Assembly: GCA_002269645.1 (NCBI GenBank)
Contig: NIVC01000613.1
Coordinates: 62,001 to 126,000, forward strand
Origin: Macrostomum lignano
Taxonomy: Eukaryota
Reading direction: 5' to 3'
Length of the DNA stretch: 64,000 nucleotides
In this document: positions 50,586 to 63,154 of the stretch, one piece after another
Numbering within the stretch: position 1 is the first letter of the stretch
Layout: each line of letters begins with the position of its first letter
The notes under the pieces: model-generated
What the model saw: only the letters and a program-made list of their open reading frames with translations
Told to the model about the DNA's origin: nothing
Databases searched by the model: none
Translations under genes and position numbers: made by a program

Positions 50586-51788
50586 CTAACGCAGTCTCCG
50601 TCGCCATAGCAACAGCACAACCCAGACGGCTGCGGCGGCTGCGGCAAAAGCGGCAAAAGCGTCCCACAAATCTGAGATCCGTCCGCCTCGCCTTCGACCA
50701 GCAACTGCAGAGCTTTGCTCTCGCCGTACCGCCGTATCCGTGGCCGACAACAGTCGTTGAAGATCGGCATGAAGGCGAACTAAAGCCTGCGTCGGACGTC
50801 GCCGCCACGCCGTCGTGGGCCAGGGAGGTCGCAGATTTGTACTTTCTGCATCAACAGAATCATCTTTATTTACGTTTGTATCTTCAACTTGTGAATTGAA
50901 TTGTAGAACATGGCGAATGCAATGACTTGTTTGTCCGTGATGGACTATTGAAGATTTATTGCTATTTGAGAAATGGTTTTTGCCATTCTCGATGCTTAAA
51001 TCTTGGACCTCGTTGTTTACACTGCCTGGATTTTCTACCTCACCATCATTTTCATTCTCACCATCCGATTCATCGATCTCGCCATTCTCGCCATTCGAAC
51101 CATCGACCTCGCCATTATCATCTTTGTCATTCTCGCCATCCGAACCATCGACCTCGCCATTATCATCTCTGCCATTCTCGCCATTCGAATCATCATAGAC
51201 CTCGCCATTATCGTCTCTGCCATTCTCGCCATCCGAACCATCGACCTCGGCATTATCATTTCTGCCATTCTCGCCATCCGAACCATCGACCTCGCCATTA
51301 TCATCTCTGCCGATGCCCCCATCTGCCAGTTGCTCCTCATCCGAGCCGATGGGCTCGTCAATCGGATAAGTCGGCACCGGCTTCCTGCCCTCCCAGCTGC
51401 ATCCATTCACTCCGTCGTCATCTTCGTCAATTCCATCGGCGACCAACTCCAGAAAACGCGTCAACTCCGGCGACGAAGTGTCCGCTGAGTCCAGGGCCAG
51501 CTGGTGCAGCTCAGCAACGTAGGCTCGCATGGCCGCTAATCGAGGCATTTCGCCCAGAGCGGACCAGGCGGACCATTTGGCCCGGCCGATCGGATCTCCA
51601 GGTGGGGGTGCAGCTACTCGACACGGGCCGGCTGTGGCCTGTCGGTACAGCGAGTAGAAAGTCAACAGTCCCCGACGGTCGGTCAGCGGCATCGGGTGCG
51701 GCTGCATCGGCCCGGGGCTGTCGCCGTTTTGGCTGCTCAAACAGCCGACTGCGCGCACTGCAGCTTCGAATTGGAGTCGGATTGACAT
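50586..51788 (-). CDS. ACBD5: ACBD4/5-like tail-anchored acyl-CoA-binding domain protein (400 aa, apparently one coding exon)
   Basis: FEAAVRAV...LLTFYSLYRQATAGPC...GRAKWSAWSALGEMPRLAAMRAYVAEL is an ACB domain. It is followed by an acidic linker and a C-terminal hydrophobic helix (AFAAFAAAAAAVWVVLLLW) with a basic tail (RRRLR). Confidence 0.85.
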   Translation of the reverse strand: MSIRLQFEAAVRAVGCLSSQNGDSPGPMQPHPMPLTDRRGLLTFYSLYRQATAGPCRVAAPPPGDPIGRAKWSAWSALGEMPRLAAMRAYVAELHQLALDSADTSSPELTRFLELVADGIDEDDDGVNGCSWEGRKPVPTYPIDEPIGSDEEQLADGGIGRDDNGEVDGSDGENGRNDNAEVDGSDGENGRDDNGEVYDDSNGENGRDDNGEVDGSDGENDKDDNGEVDGSNGENGEIDESDGENENDGEVENPGSVNNEVQDLSIENGKNHFSNSNKSSIVHHGQTSHCIRHVLQFNSQVEDTNVNKDDSVDAESTNLRPPWPTTAWRRRPTQALVRLHADLQRLLSATDTAVRREQSSAVAGRRRGGRISDLWDAFAAFAAAAAAVWVVLLLWRRRLR

Positions 51789-51884
51789 CAAATGCCAGCA
51801 GTGCTACTTGTAGTAGGAGAGAAACGGTCTGATTAGTAGAATATACTTCAAGCCAATTTTTATACAATTTGAACTGTTCAGTAT

Positions 51885-52975
51885 AGAGCACTGAGGGAGA
51901 GCGCAGAGGCAGATTCCCAACCACTGAGGGAGAATGGAGAGGCAGATTCTCAGGCACTGAGGGGGGGGCAGATTCTCAGGCACTGAGGGAGAGCGGAGAG
52001 GCAGATTCCCAACCACTGAGGGAGAGCGAAGGCAGATTCTCAGGCACTGAGGGAGAGCGGAGAGGCAGATTCTCAGGCACTGAGGGAGAGCGGAGGCAGA
52101 TTCTCAGGCACTGAGGGAGAGCGGAGAGGCAGATTCTCAACCACTGAGGGAGAGCGAAGGCAGATTCTCAGGCACTGAGGGAGAGCGGAGAGGCAGATTC
52201 TCAGGCACTGAGGGAGAGCGGAGGCAGATTCTCAGGCACTGAGGGAGAGCGGAGAGGCAGATTCTCAGGCACTGAGGGAGAGCGGAGGCAGATTCTCAGG
52301 CACTGAGGGAGAGCGGAGAGGCAGATTCTCAACCACTGAGGGAGAGCGAAGGCAGATTCTCAGGCACTGAGGGAGAGCGGAGAGGCAGATTCTCAACCAC
52401 TGAGGGAGAGCGAAGGCAGATTCTCAGGCACTGAGGGAGAGCGGAGGCAGATTCTCAGGCACTGAGGGAGAGCGGAGAGGCAGATTCTCAGGCACTGAGG
52501 GAGAGCGGAGAGGCAGATTCTCAACCACTGAGGGAGAGCGAAGGCAGATTCTCAGGCACTGAGGGAGAGCGGAGAGGCAGATTCTCAGGCACTGAGGGAG
52601 AGCGGAGAGGCAGATTCTCAGGCTCTGAGGGAGAGCGGAGAGGCAGATTTTCAGGCACTGAGGGAGAGCGGAGAGGCAGATTCTCAGGCACTGAGGGAGA
52701 GCGGAGAGGCAGATTCTCAGGCACTGAGGGAGAGCGGAGAGGCAGATTCCCAACCACTGAGGGAGAGCGAAGGCAGATTCTCAGGCACTGAGGGAGAGCG
52801 AAGGCAGATTCTCAGGCACTGAGGGAGAGCGGAGAGGCAGATTCTCAGGCTCTGAGGGAGAGCGGAGAGGCAGATTCTCAGGCTCTGAGGGAGAGCGGAG
52901 AGGCAGATTCTCAGGCACTGAGGGAGAGCGGAGAGGCAGATTCTCAGGCACTGAGGGAGAGCGGAGAGGCAGACT
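51885..52975. repeat. 33-bp minisatellite (GGCAGATTCTCAGGCACTGAGGGAGAGCGGAGA) with 31-bp variants
   Basis: Direct reading. Confidence 0.96.
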
Positions 52976-53262
52976 AACTAAAACTTGTTAGGTAATGACA
53001 AATGAAGGACACAAACAAATACTAAGTATTTAACGGAAGAACAGAGAATCGAAAAAATGGTAAAAAAGCATTTTTATTTTGCACAGAGCGGGAAGTGGTG
53101 AAGGCGGTTAAAAATGCTAAGCACGCTAAAGTTGGTAGTAATAAAAGCGAGTTAACAATCCTTTAGCACTTTATGAGCAGTTACGTTTCCAAAAAAGGTA
53201 AAAAATATTGACTTTAAAAACCTTCGTGAATAAGATTGCACGTACAAAAGCTTTGATAATTA

Positions 53263-53801
<539 letters not shown>

Positions 53802-54189
53802 TTATTGGTTTGATAACAATAACAAAAAATGCTGCAACACACTGTTGCTATAGCAACACACAATAAGTTTTATGTTTAAATCACGTCTGTCAACAAATAT
53901 ATAGACCCTGTTGGGTAAAAAAAGAATTCCGGAAGCGTTGAAATACTAACCAGTAGTAAACCAGGTTACAAACTGCAAAGCCTTAATTTTTTGAGTCCAG
54001 ATTAGCAAAATTATTTATACTGGATACAATTAATCAATACATGTGCTTGAGAGGTAAAAGTTTTTGTTGATAAACGCGATCGGGCAAGCAAAAGCAACAG
54101 AGTTACTGGGTTTATTTGAGTTGCAAGAAGTTGAGTTATTTCTGTGCTAATAAGAACTGGATAAAGATGATGGAGAAACACGCACGTAT

Positions 54190-55175
<986 letters not shown>

Positions 55176-55232
55176 AATGAGCAGAACAAGCAGTGAAGCA
55201 GTCAGCTGCACGCCAGCTAGCGGCCGCACTCG

Positions 55233-56367
55233 CTACTGAGGCTGACCATAATTGCTGCTGTTGGAACTCTGCAGCGCAGGATGAAACAATGAAATCGACT
55301 GCCGCTGCTGACCACAACTAACAACATCACTATTAGCAGTAGTAGCCGCAGAACTTCGTTGGCATAATACGATTGAGCTGACATTCGATCCTGAGTGTGA
55401 CCTGGAATTCGGGAGACAAGCGGGCGGTGGCGGCGGCAGCCGAGGCAGCGCCAGAGAGGCGGAAGGCAACAGCAGCTGGCCATCCTGGCTGGGCGCTGCA
55501 TTAACAATAAGAAATCCAGACGCTATGGACAGAGCCGGTAGACAGGAACTGCCGGCACTTTGCTCACGACTCCGATGATTCGGTAATTGAAGGAACTCGC
55601 AAACGGCGGGACTGCTGCTACAGTGGATAAAGGCGGCTAGCAGCGAGGGAACTGACCGATGCTGCCGAATACGAAAGCGGCACTGCAGCAGCGATGGCTC
55701 GCAGCAGAGCAGAGAGTGCCTGGCGCACTCAGTCGGAGTAGGGAACGACTTGCGGCAGAGCAGGCAGGCCACCGGATCGGCAGCTTCACCGGGTCTGTTG
55801 CTATGCAACCTGGCTGGCAAGCGCATTGGCAACACAATAACTGCGGCACTGTCCGGTACAATGTCCGTAGCTGCTGGACACCGGCAGGGCTGACGCTGCC
55901 CAGCTGGCATCAGGGCGTCGCTGGCCGGAACCAAGCTAGCGCAGACGCCGCAGGCCAGGAACAGAGCACAGGATAGCAGATTGCCCTCGCCAATATTGAA
56001 CCCGCCTGAGCAGCACAGATCGCCGCGGCCTCCGGCCAACTGATTAAACGGTCGTTCGTAGATTTTCCTGACTGACAGCAACGGCGAACTGATGGACAGC
56101 TCGGAGTCTAATGGCGGCGAGATCAATGGGAATCGGTCCGCTAAGCAGAGCCTGTGCAGCCAGCAGAGGGACTCGGTGTTCACAACTTGCAGTACGGGTT
56201 TTGAGAAGTTGGTCTGACTGCGATCATGGCTAATGAAATAGCACAGGTCAAAGCTGGAGGAGGGAACCAGCGGGTGGCACTGGTCGCGACCTGCGCAGTG
56301 CAGCAGTAGGAAGTCGATTACGCGCGAGGCCGGCGCCGCAGGCGGCAGCGAGACCGACAGCTTGCAC
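55233..56367 (-). CDS. Unrecognised Cys-rich protein, last exon (C2HC-like fingers)
   Basis: Long ORF; acceptor GTCCAG|G is phase 2, matching the donor at 56971; contains VACLLCRKSFPTPTECARHSLLC. The 3' end is uncertain because alternative frames at 55200-55500 also look open. Confidence 0.6.
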
Positions 56368-56429
56368 CTGGACAGGACGGCCGTTGGGGCTGGCGTTAAT
56401 AAACAGACAACAGCAAAAATCCCCAATCA

Positions 56430-56940
56430 GACCAAAGAAAAATCATCGCCCCGCCACATCAGACCCGAGAAAAATCATCGCCCCCCCCACATCAGACCCG
56501 AGAAAAATTATCGCCCCCCCCCCACATCAGACCCGAGAAAAATTATCGCCCCCCACATCAGACCCGAGAAAAATTATCGCCCCCCCCACATCAGATCCTA
56601 GAAAAATCGCCCCCGTACATCAGACCCTAGAAAAATCGCCCCCGTACATCAGATCCTAGAAAAATCGCCCCCGTACATCAGACCCTGGAAAAATCGCCCC
56701 GGTACAACAGACCCGAGAAAAATCGCCCCCCCACATCAGACCCGAGAAAAATCGCCACCTCCAAATCAGACCCGAGAAAAATCGCCCCCCCACATCAGAC
56801 CCGAGAAAAATCGCCCCCTCCAAATCAGACCCGAGAAAAATCGCCCCTCCCCACATCAGACCCGAGAAAAATCGCCCCCCCCCACATCAGACCCGAGAAA
56901 AATCGCCCCCCCCCACATCAGACCCGAGAAAAATCGCCCA
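56430..56940. repeat. ~28-bp intronic minisatellite (AAAAATCGCCCCCCACATCAGACCCGAG)
   Basis: Direct reading. Confidence 0.94.
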
Positions 56941-56971
56941 GACTCGCCCACCACTCTAATTTCCATACTAC

Positions 56972-57267
56972 CTGACGCATTGCAGGCCGATCCAGACCAT
57001 ATTGGTGACATTGGGCACGGGCAGACAGTAGTGTCCAGGCCGATCCAAGCCGCAATGCCTGGCTGCTGATTCAGCCCCGTTTGCATGCACGCCGTCTCTG
57101 AAGCTGCAGTGCAGGCAGGCGAAGCTCACCCCATTGTTGCCCGAGTAATTGGCCGGTATCTGGCAGTGAAGCAGTCGCTGGGTAAATGCACAAATTCGGT
57201 TTTTGTCGGCGTTAGCAGCTTCCAACATGGCCACGCCTTCGTCGTCCATCTGGGTGTTGGCCTGCAA
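56972..57267 (-). CDS. Unrecognised protein, exon 4
   Basis: Acceptor CTGCAG| (or 6 nt later, same phase 0); FACLHCSFRDGVHANGAESAARHC...LQCVR; phase-2 donor AG|GTAGTA. Confidence 0.6.
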
Positions 57268-57319
57268 CTGCAGCAGCAGGGAGTGGGGATTTAAATATAC
57301 ATGTAGTTGTTATGCATGT

Positions 57320-58320
57320 GGCTGAGGGATATTGGGGATTAGTAGCTATGGGATATTAGGGATTAGTAGCTATGAGATATGGGGGGATTAGTAGCTATGG
57401 GATATTAGGGATTAGTAGCTATGGGATTTTTGGGATAAATACCTATGGTATATTGGGGATTAATAGCTATGGGGTATTTGGATTAGTAGCTATGGGGTAT
57501 TTGGATTAGTAGCTATGGGATATTGATGATTAGTAGCTATGGGATATGGGGGATTAGTAGCTATGGGATATTGGGGATTAGTAGCTATGGGATATTGGGG
57601 ATTAGTAGCTATGGGATATTAGGGATTAGTAGCTATGGGATTTTTGGGATAAATACCTATGGTATATTGGGGATTAGTAGCTATGGGGTATTTGGATTAG
57701 TAGCTATGGGATATTGATGATTAGTAGCTATGGGATATGGGGGGATTAGTACTATGGGATATTGGGGATTAGTAGCTATGGGATATTGGGGATTAGTAGC
57801 TATGGGATATTAGGGATTAGTAGCTATGGGATATTTGGGATTAATACTTATGGTATATTAGGGATTAGTAGCTATGGGGTATTTGGATTAGTAGCTATGG
57901 GGTATTTGGATTAGTAGCTATGGGATATTAGGGATAAATACCTATGGTATATTGGGGATTAGTAGCTATGGGATATTGATGATTAGTAGCCATGGGATAT
58001 TGGGGATTATTAGCTATGGGATATTTGGGATTAGTAGCTATGGGATATTTGGGATTAGTAGCTATGGGATATTTGGGATTAATACTTATGGTATATTAGG
58101 GATTAGTAGCTATGGGGTATTTGGATTAGTAGCTATGGGGTATTTGGATTAGTAGCTATGGGATATTAGGGATAAATACCTATGGTATATTGGGGATTAG
58201 TAGCTATGGGATATTGATGATTAGTAGCCATGGGATATTGGGGATTATTAGCTATGTGATATTTGGGATTAGTAGCTATGGGATATTGAGGATTTGCAGA
58301 GTCCCATAAGATATTGGGGA
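57320..58320. repeat. 24-bp intronic minisatellite (GGGATTAGTAGCTATGGGATATTG)
   Basis: Direct reading. Confidence 0.95.
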
Positions 58321-58375
58321 TTCGCAGCTAGAAAAATGGGGATTTAAATAACTGTGAATCAAAACGGCAACTTAC

Positions 58376-58765
58376 ACCAATGCAGCCTAGATCGTCAGCG
58401 GACGAATCGCAATCCATGGGCATGGTTGTCTCGGATTTCATTGACGTGTTAAGAACTAAATCTTCGCGAGATTCGGTTTCGGCAACTTCCGCCTCCGCAT
58501 CCGGTTGGATATTGTCAGTCTCATCCGCATTGTTATTAAGCTCGGTCTCTAAGACGGAAAAACCATCCACGTCGATACAGATGGTGTCGCAAGTGGCCTC
58601 TAATCTAGCCTTATCGTCGACTTCATACTCGTTCACAGCTTCGCAATTATTATTCCTGTCATTATTGTCATCATTATCAATATCCTGTTGCGGTATCGAT
58701 CTAGGAAAGGGCAAGTAACGGACCGTCACAGTGCTCGCCGCACCCTCTCTTCTAGGTCCATAGGC
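58376..58765 (-). CDS. Unrecognised protein, exon 3 (acidic)
   Basis: Acceptor TTTCCTCAG|GCC and donor GGT|GTAAGT, both phase 0; open frame of 130 codons. Confidence 0.65.
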
Positions 58766-58817
58766 CTGAGGAAAGGTGGGCATGGGCAAGATATTTAGAG
58801 ATCTGAGAGATAATAAA

Positions 58818-59720
58818 ATGGATTGCTAATCTTAGCTTATGATGGATTGCTAATCTAGCTTATGATGGATTGCTAATCTTAGCTTATGATGGTTTGCTAA
58901 TCTAGCTTATGATGGATTGCTAATCTAGCTTATTATGGATTGCTAATCTAGCTTATTATGGATTGCTAATCTAGCTTATTATGGATTGCTAATCTAGCTT
59001 ATGATGGATTGCTAATCTAGCTTATTATGGATTGCTAATCTAGCTTATTATGGATTGCTAATCTAGCTTATTATGGATTGCTAATCTAGCTTATGATGGA
59101 TTGCTAATCTAGCTTATGATGGATTGCTAATCTAGCTTATGATGGATTGCTAATCTTAGCTTATGATGGATTGCTAATCTAGCTTATGATGGATTGCTAA
59201 TCTAGCTTATGATGGTTTGCTAATCTAGCTTATGATGGATTGCTAATCTTAGCTTATTATGGATTGCTAATCTAGCTTATGATGGATTGCTAATCTAGCT
59301 TATGATGGATTGCTAATCTAGCTTATGATGGATTGCTAATCTAGCTTATGATGGATTGCTAATCTAGCTTATGATGGATTGCTAATCTTAGCTTATGATG
59401 GATTGCTAATCTAGCTTATGATGGATTGCTAATCTAGCTTATGATGGTTTGCTAATCTAGCTTATGATGGATTGCTAATCTTAGCTTATTATGGATTGCT
59501 AATCTAGCTTATGATGGATTGCTAATCTAGCTTATGATGGATTGCTAATCTAGCTTATGATGGATTGCTAATCTAGCTTATGATGGATTGCTAATCTAGC
59601 TTATGATGGATTGCTAATCTTAGCTTATGATGGTTTGCTAATCTAGCTTATTATGGATTGCTAATCTAGCTTATGATGGATTGCTAATCTAGCTTATGAT
59701 GGATTGCTAATCTAGCTTAA
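58818..59720. repeat. 23-bp intronic minisatellite (TGATGGATTGCTAATCTAGCTTA), about 39 copies
   Basis: Direct reading. Confidence 0.96.
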
Positions 59721-59840
59721 TCTAGTCATTTTCGACAGTCATCTGTGAAAATATTTCATTATTGCAACATCGATTCCAAATACTCTAAGTACATACAAGT
59801 ACATACAATTACATACAAGTACAGTTCAGGCTCTTATTAC

Positions 59841-61291
59841 CTCAGTTAGACAATCTTCAAACTTAATTCTGCTAAGCGCCGCGAACTGTTCCTGAGCCTC
59901 CATGAACGTGAAGGCAAGCTTGTCCATGGTGGCCTTCAATCCTAAACAGGGAAACTCCGCCGCGACCATATTCTGAACAAAGGTACGGCCCAACTCTCTG
60001 TAACAAGTTTCCTCATCGTCACTGTTTGTTGGTGTACTAGCGCCACTATCTTCAGAGTGCTCTGATGCTGATTTGGTCAATTTGGAGATAATGTCGGAGA
60101 GTTTCAGCAGAGCACTAGGCTCCTCGGTTGCTGGCGAGGCAAGACAGGTCACAATGGAAGAAGAATCATCAACGTCGTGATTGATCTCAATAGAGTTTGT
60201 CTCAGCCACAGGCAAACTGGATTCACTTGAACCTAAGATTTTTTTGTTTCAATCTTGCAAACAGAGGCAGACTAGAATAGGCGACGGATTTGTCATTGGA
60301 CAAATTCGGTAAGCAAGGCTTGGTTGACATTGCCTGGCCCTGGCTGATATGCTCCTCATGTTCTTCGTCCGCATTCTGCTCCTCATGTTCTTCGTCCGCA
60401 TTCTGCTCCTCATGTTCTTCGTCCGCATTCTGCTCCTCATGTTCTTCGTCCGCATTCTGCTCCTCATGTTCTTCGTCCGCATTCTGCTCCTCATGTTCTT
60501 CGTCCGCATTCTGCTCCTGGTGTTCTTCGTCTGAGTTCTGCTCCTGATGTTCTTCGTCCGCATTCTGCTCCTGGTGTTCTTCATCTGCATTCTGCTCCTG
60601 ATGTTCTTCGTCCGCATTCTGGTCCTGGTGTTCTTCGTCTGCATTCTGCTCCTGATGTTCTTCGCCTGCATTCTGCTCCTGGTGTTCTTCGTCCGCATTC
60701 TGCTCCTGATGTTCTTCGTCCGCATTCTGCTCCTGATGTTCTTCGCCTGCATTCTGCTCCTGGTGTTCTTCGTCCGCATTCTGCTCCTGATGTTCTTCGT
60801 CCGCATTCTGCTCCTGGTGTTCTTCGTCTGAATTCTGCTCCTGATGTTCTTCGCCTGCATTCTGCTCCTGGTGTTCTTCGTCTGAATTCTGCTCCTGATG
60901 TTCTTCGCCTGCATTCTGCTCCTGGTGTTCTTCGTCCGCATTCTGCTCCTGATGTTCTTCGTCCGCATTCTGCTCCTGATGTTCTTCGTCCGCATTCTGC
61001 TCCTGATGTTGTTCATTCCAACTTTGCATTTCATGCAGTTCAACCGAATTCCGATTTTGTTCCCCATCCGAATTCTGTATCAGCTGCGCAGCATCTGAAT
61101 TTAGCATCATAAAATCGCTACTGAAGCTCCGTCGATCATCTGCCCGATTTTGATAGCTGACACTATCACTTTGCTGCTGTGCAGGCTTGTCCTGAGGCAA
61201 ATCCGGTAACAATTCAACAACATTAAACTGTGCTTTAAAAGGGGCGAGAGTCTTCTGCTGTCTGTTTTTGCGTCGTTTCGACCGAGGCTTC
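59841..61291 (-). CDS. Unrecognised protein, exon 2: basic NLS-like stretch, about 25 x EEHQEQNAD repeat, frame break at about 60240
   Basis: Acceptor TATTTACAG|G (phase 2); KPRSKRRKNR. ORFs 60223-61212 and 59826-60215 join if one A is removed from an A7 run or a 40-nt intron is used. Donor GAG|GTAATA, phase 0. Confidence 0.6.
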
Positions 61292-61459
61292 CTGTAAATA
61301 ATTTATGAGGTGGAATATCGTTATATCAAGCTGTATTCTTTACATATCAATGAGAAATTCTTATAGAAATCTAAAAATACATGTAGGTCACTCATGTGCT
61401 GAATCATTGGTCTACGAGCTATATGACTGAACAAAGAAAACAATTGAATTTTTACTAAC

Positions 61460-61773
61460 TCGATGCTTGACGCCTCCAGAACCTGACGTTTCAATGGCGT
61501 CAAAGCCGTCAGAGCAGCTGCTGAATCAGCAGCCGGTCGCTTCCTGGCCGCCTGATGACCATCGCAACTTGGAGGAGTTCCACTGTCGAGTATTTTCAGC
61601 TTCACACAGGACGGGTAAATGTAGACAAATCCCGGCCTCTCTCTGGCCGGCGGGCGCGAAAGTATTCGCCAATTGATCGATTGTTTCAAAGCATTTGTAA
61701 TGGCAAGTTTGGCCAAATATTTCGACGCGCGATTGCATCGCTGCGTCCTGGAGCTGACTGAGACGTTTTCCAT
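61460..61773 (-). CDS. Unrecognised protein, putative exon 1
   Basis: ATG at 61773; phase-2 donor GA|GTTAGT fits the next acceptor. The start and donor choices are tentative. Confidence 0.45.
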
Positions 61774-62044
61774 CCACTTTTATTGTATTTTTCTTATAAA
61801 ATTACGAAGCTAGAGTAGTTTTATTGACGATGTTGGATGCTGGCAGTAGGCACGCTAAAAGCGGCACAATCTGTGAGTAAGCATATCTTCAGAACTGGAC
61901 AGTGTGTGATACAAACTTGCATAAATTTTTAGATTGAAAGTTAAATAGCTGTTAGAAACCTCAGAATCGCAGTGCTATTTGGCATTCTGGACCTAAACTC
62001 AACATGCCATTGCGTCAAATTGAAGCCAAAACTATAATAGGTGT

Positions 62045-62560
62045 AGCTAAAATTACAGTAGTAGCTATAGCTAAATCTGCAGTAGCTATAACTAAATCTA
62101 CAGTAGCTATAGCTAAATCTACAGTAGCTATAGCTAAATCTGCAGTAGCAATACCCAAATCTGCAGTAGCAATACCCACATCTACCGTAGCTATAGCCAA
62201 ATCTACAGTAGCTATACCCAAATCTACAGTAGCTATACCCAAATCTACAGTAGCTATACCCAAATCTACAGTAGCTATACCCAAATCTACAGTAGCAATA
62301 CCCAAATCTACAGTAGCAATACCCAAATCTACAGTAGCTATACCCAAATCTACAGTAGCAATACCCAAATCTACAGTAGCTATAGCCAAATCTACAGTAG
62401 CTATAGCCAAATCTGCAGTAGCAATACCCAAATCTACAGTAGCTATAGCCAAATCTACAGTAGCTATAGCCAAATCTACAGTAGCTATAGCCAAATCTAC
62501 AGTAGCTATAGCCAAATCTACAGTAGCAATACCCAAATCTACGAGTACAATAGCTATAAG
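62045..62560. repeat. 21-bp minisatellite (ATCTACAGTAGCTATACCCAA)
   Basis: Direct reading. Confidence 0.95.
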
Positions 62561-63154
62561 CAAATCTGCATTCAAGCAGCAACAAAGATGAAGCATTGCA
62601 TGCTGGCAAATTGCGTTGTTGGACAGTTTACATGGCTAAATAAAATCAATATCAAAACAATCAACACTACAAGACAAACAGTAAAACAAACACAAATTCT
62701 ACAATGCCACTAATGTAATTTCAAAATACAGAGAAAAAATAATTTGAACAAAAGTTAAAGTGGAACGATAAGCAAGAAAAATATACGTGCTGAGCACTCT
62801 AACAGTAGTAATAAGATGAGTAGCAAACAACTTGAAGGCCTTGGCAACAACAACAACAATTAATACACTGGTCTATCATTCCAGTAAATAAAAATGCTTC
62901 ATTGAAACAGAAAATGCTGCAAATCAGTCATTGGTCTCATTGTATTGGCTTCCGTATGCATGATATGCATGATAAGTCAAGAAAGAAAATCAAGAGAGAC
63001 TCAAGAGAGAAGCAACAATGCAAATTTGCTAAACCATTGCCAGCGACTTAAAAATGCTTGGCGCACAGTCAGGACCAAGGCCAGCGAAGTCACCTCTGCC
63101 ATCAGAGAGCGGAGTTGAATATCTGCGACACAAATTGCTGCTCAGAGTGACTTT

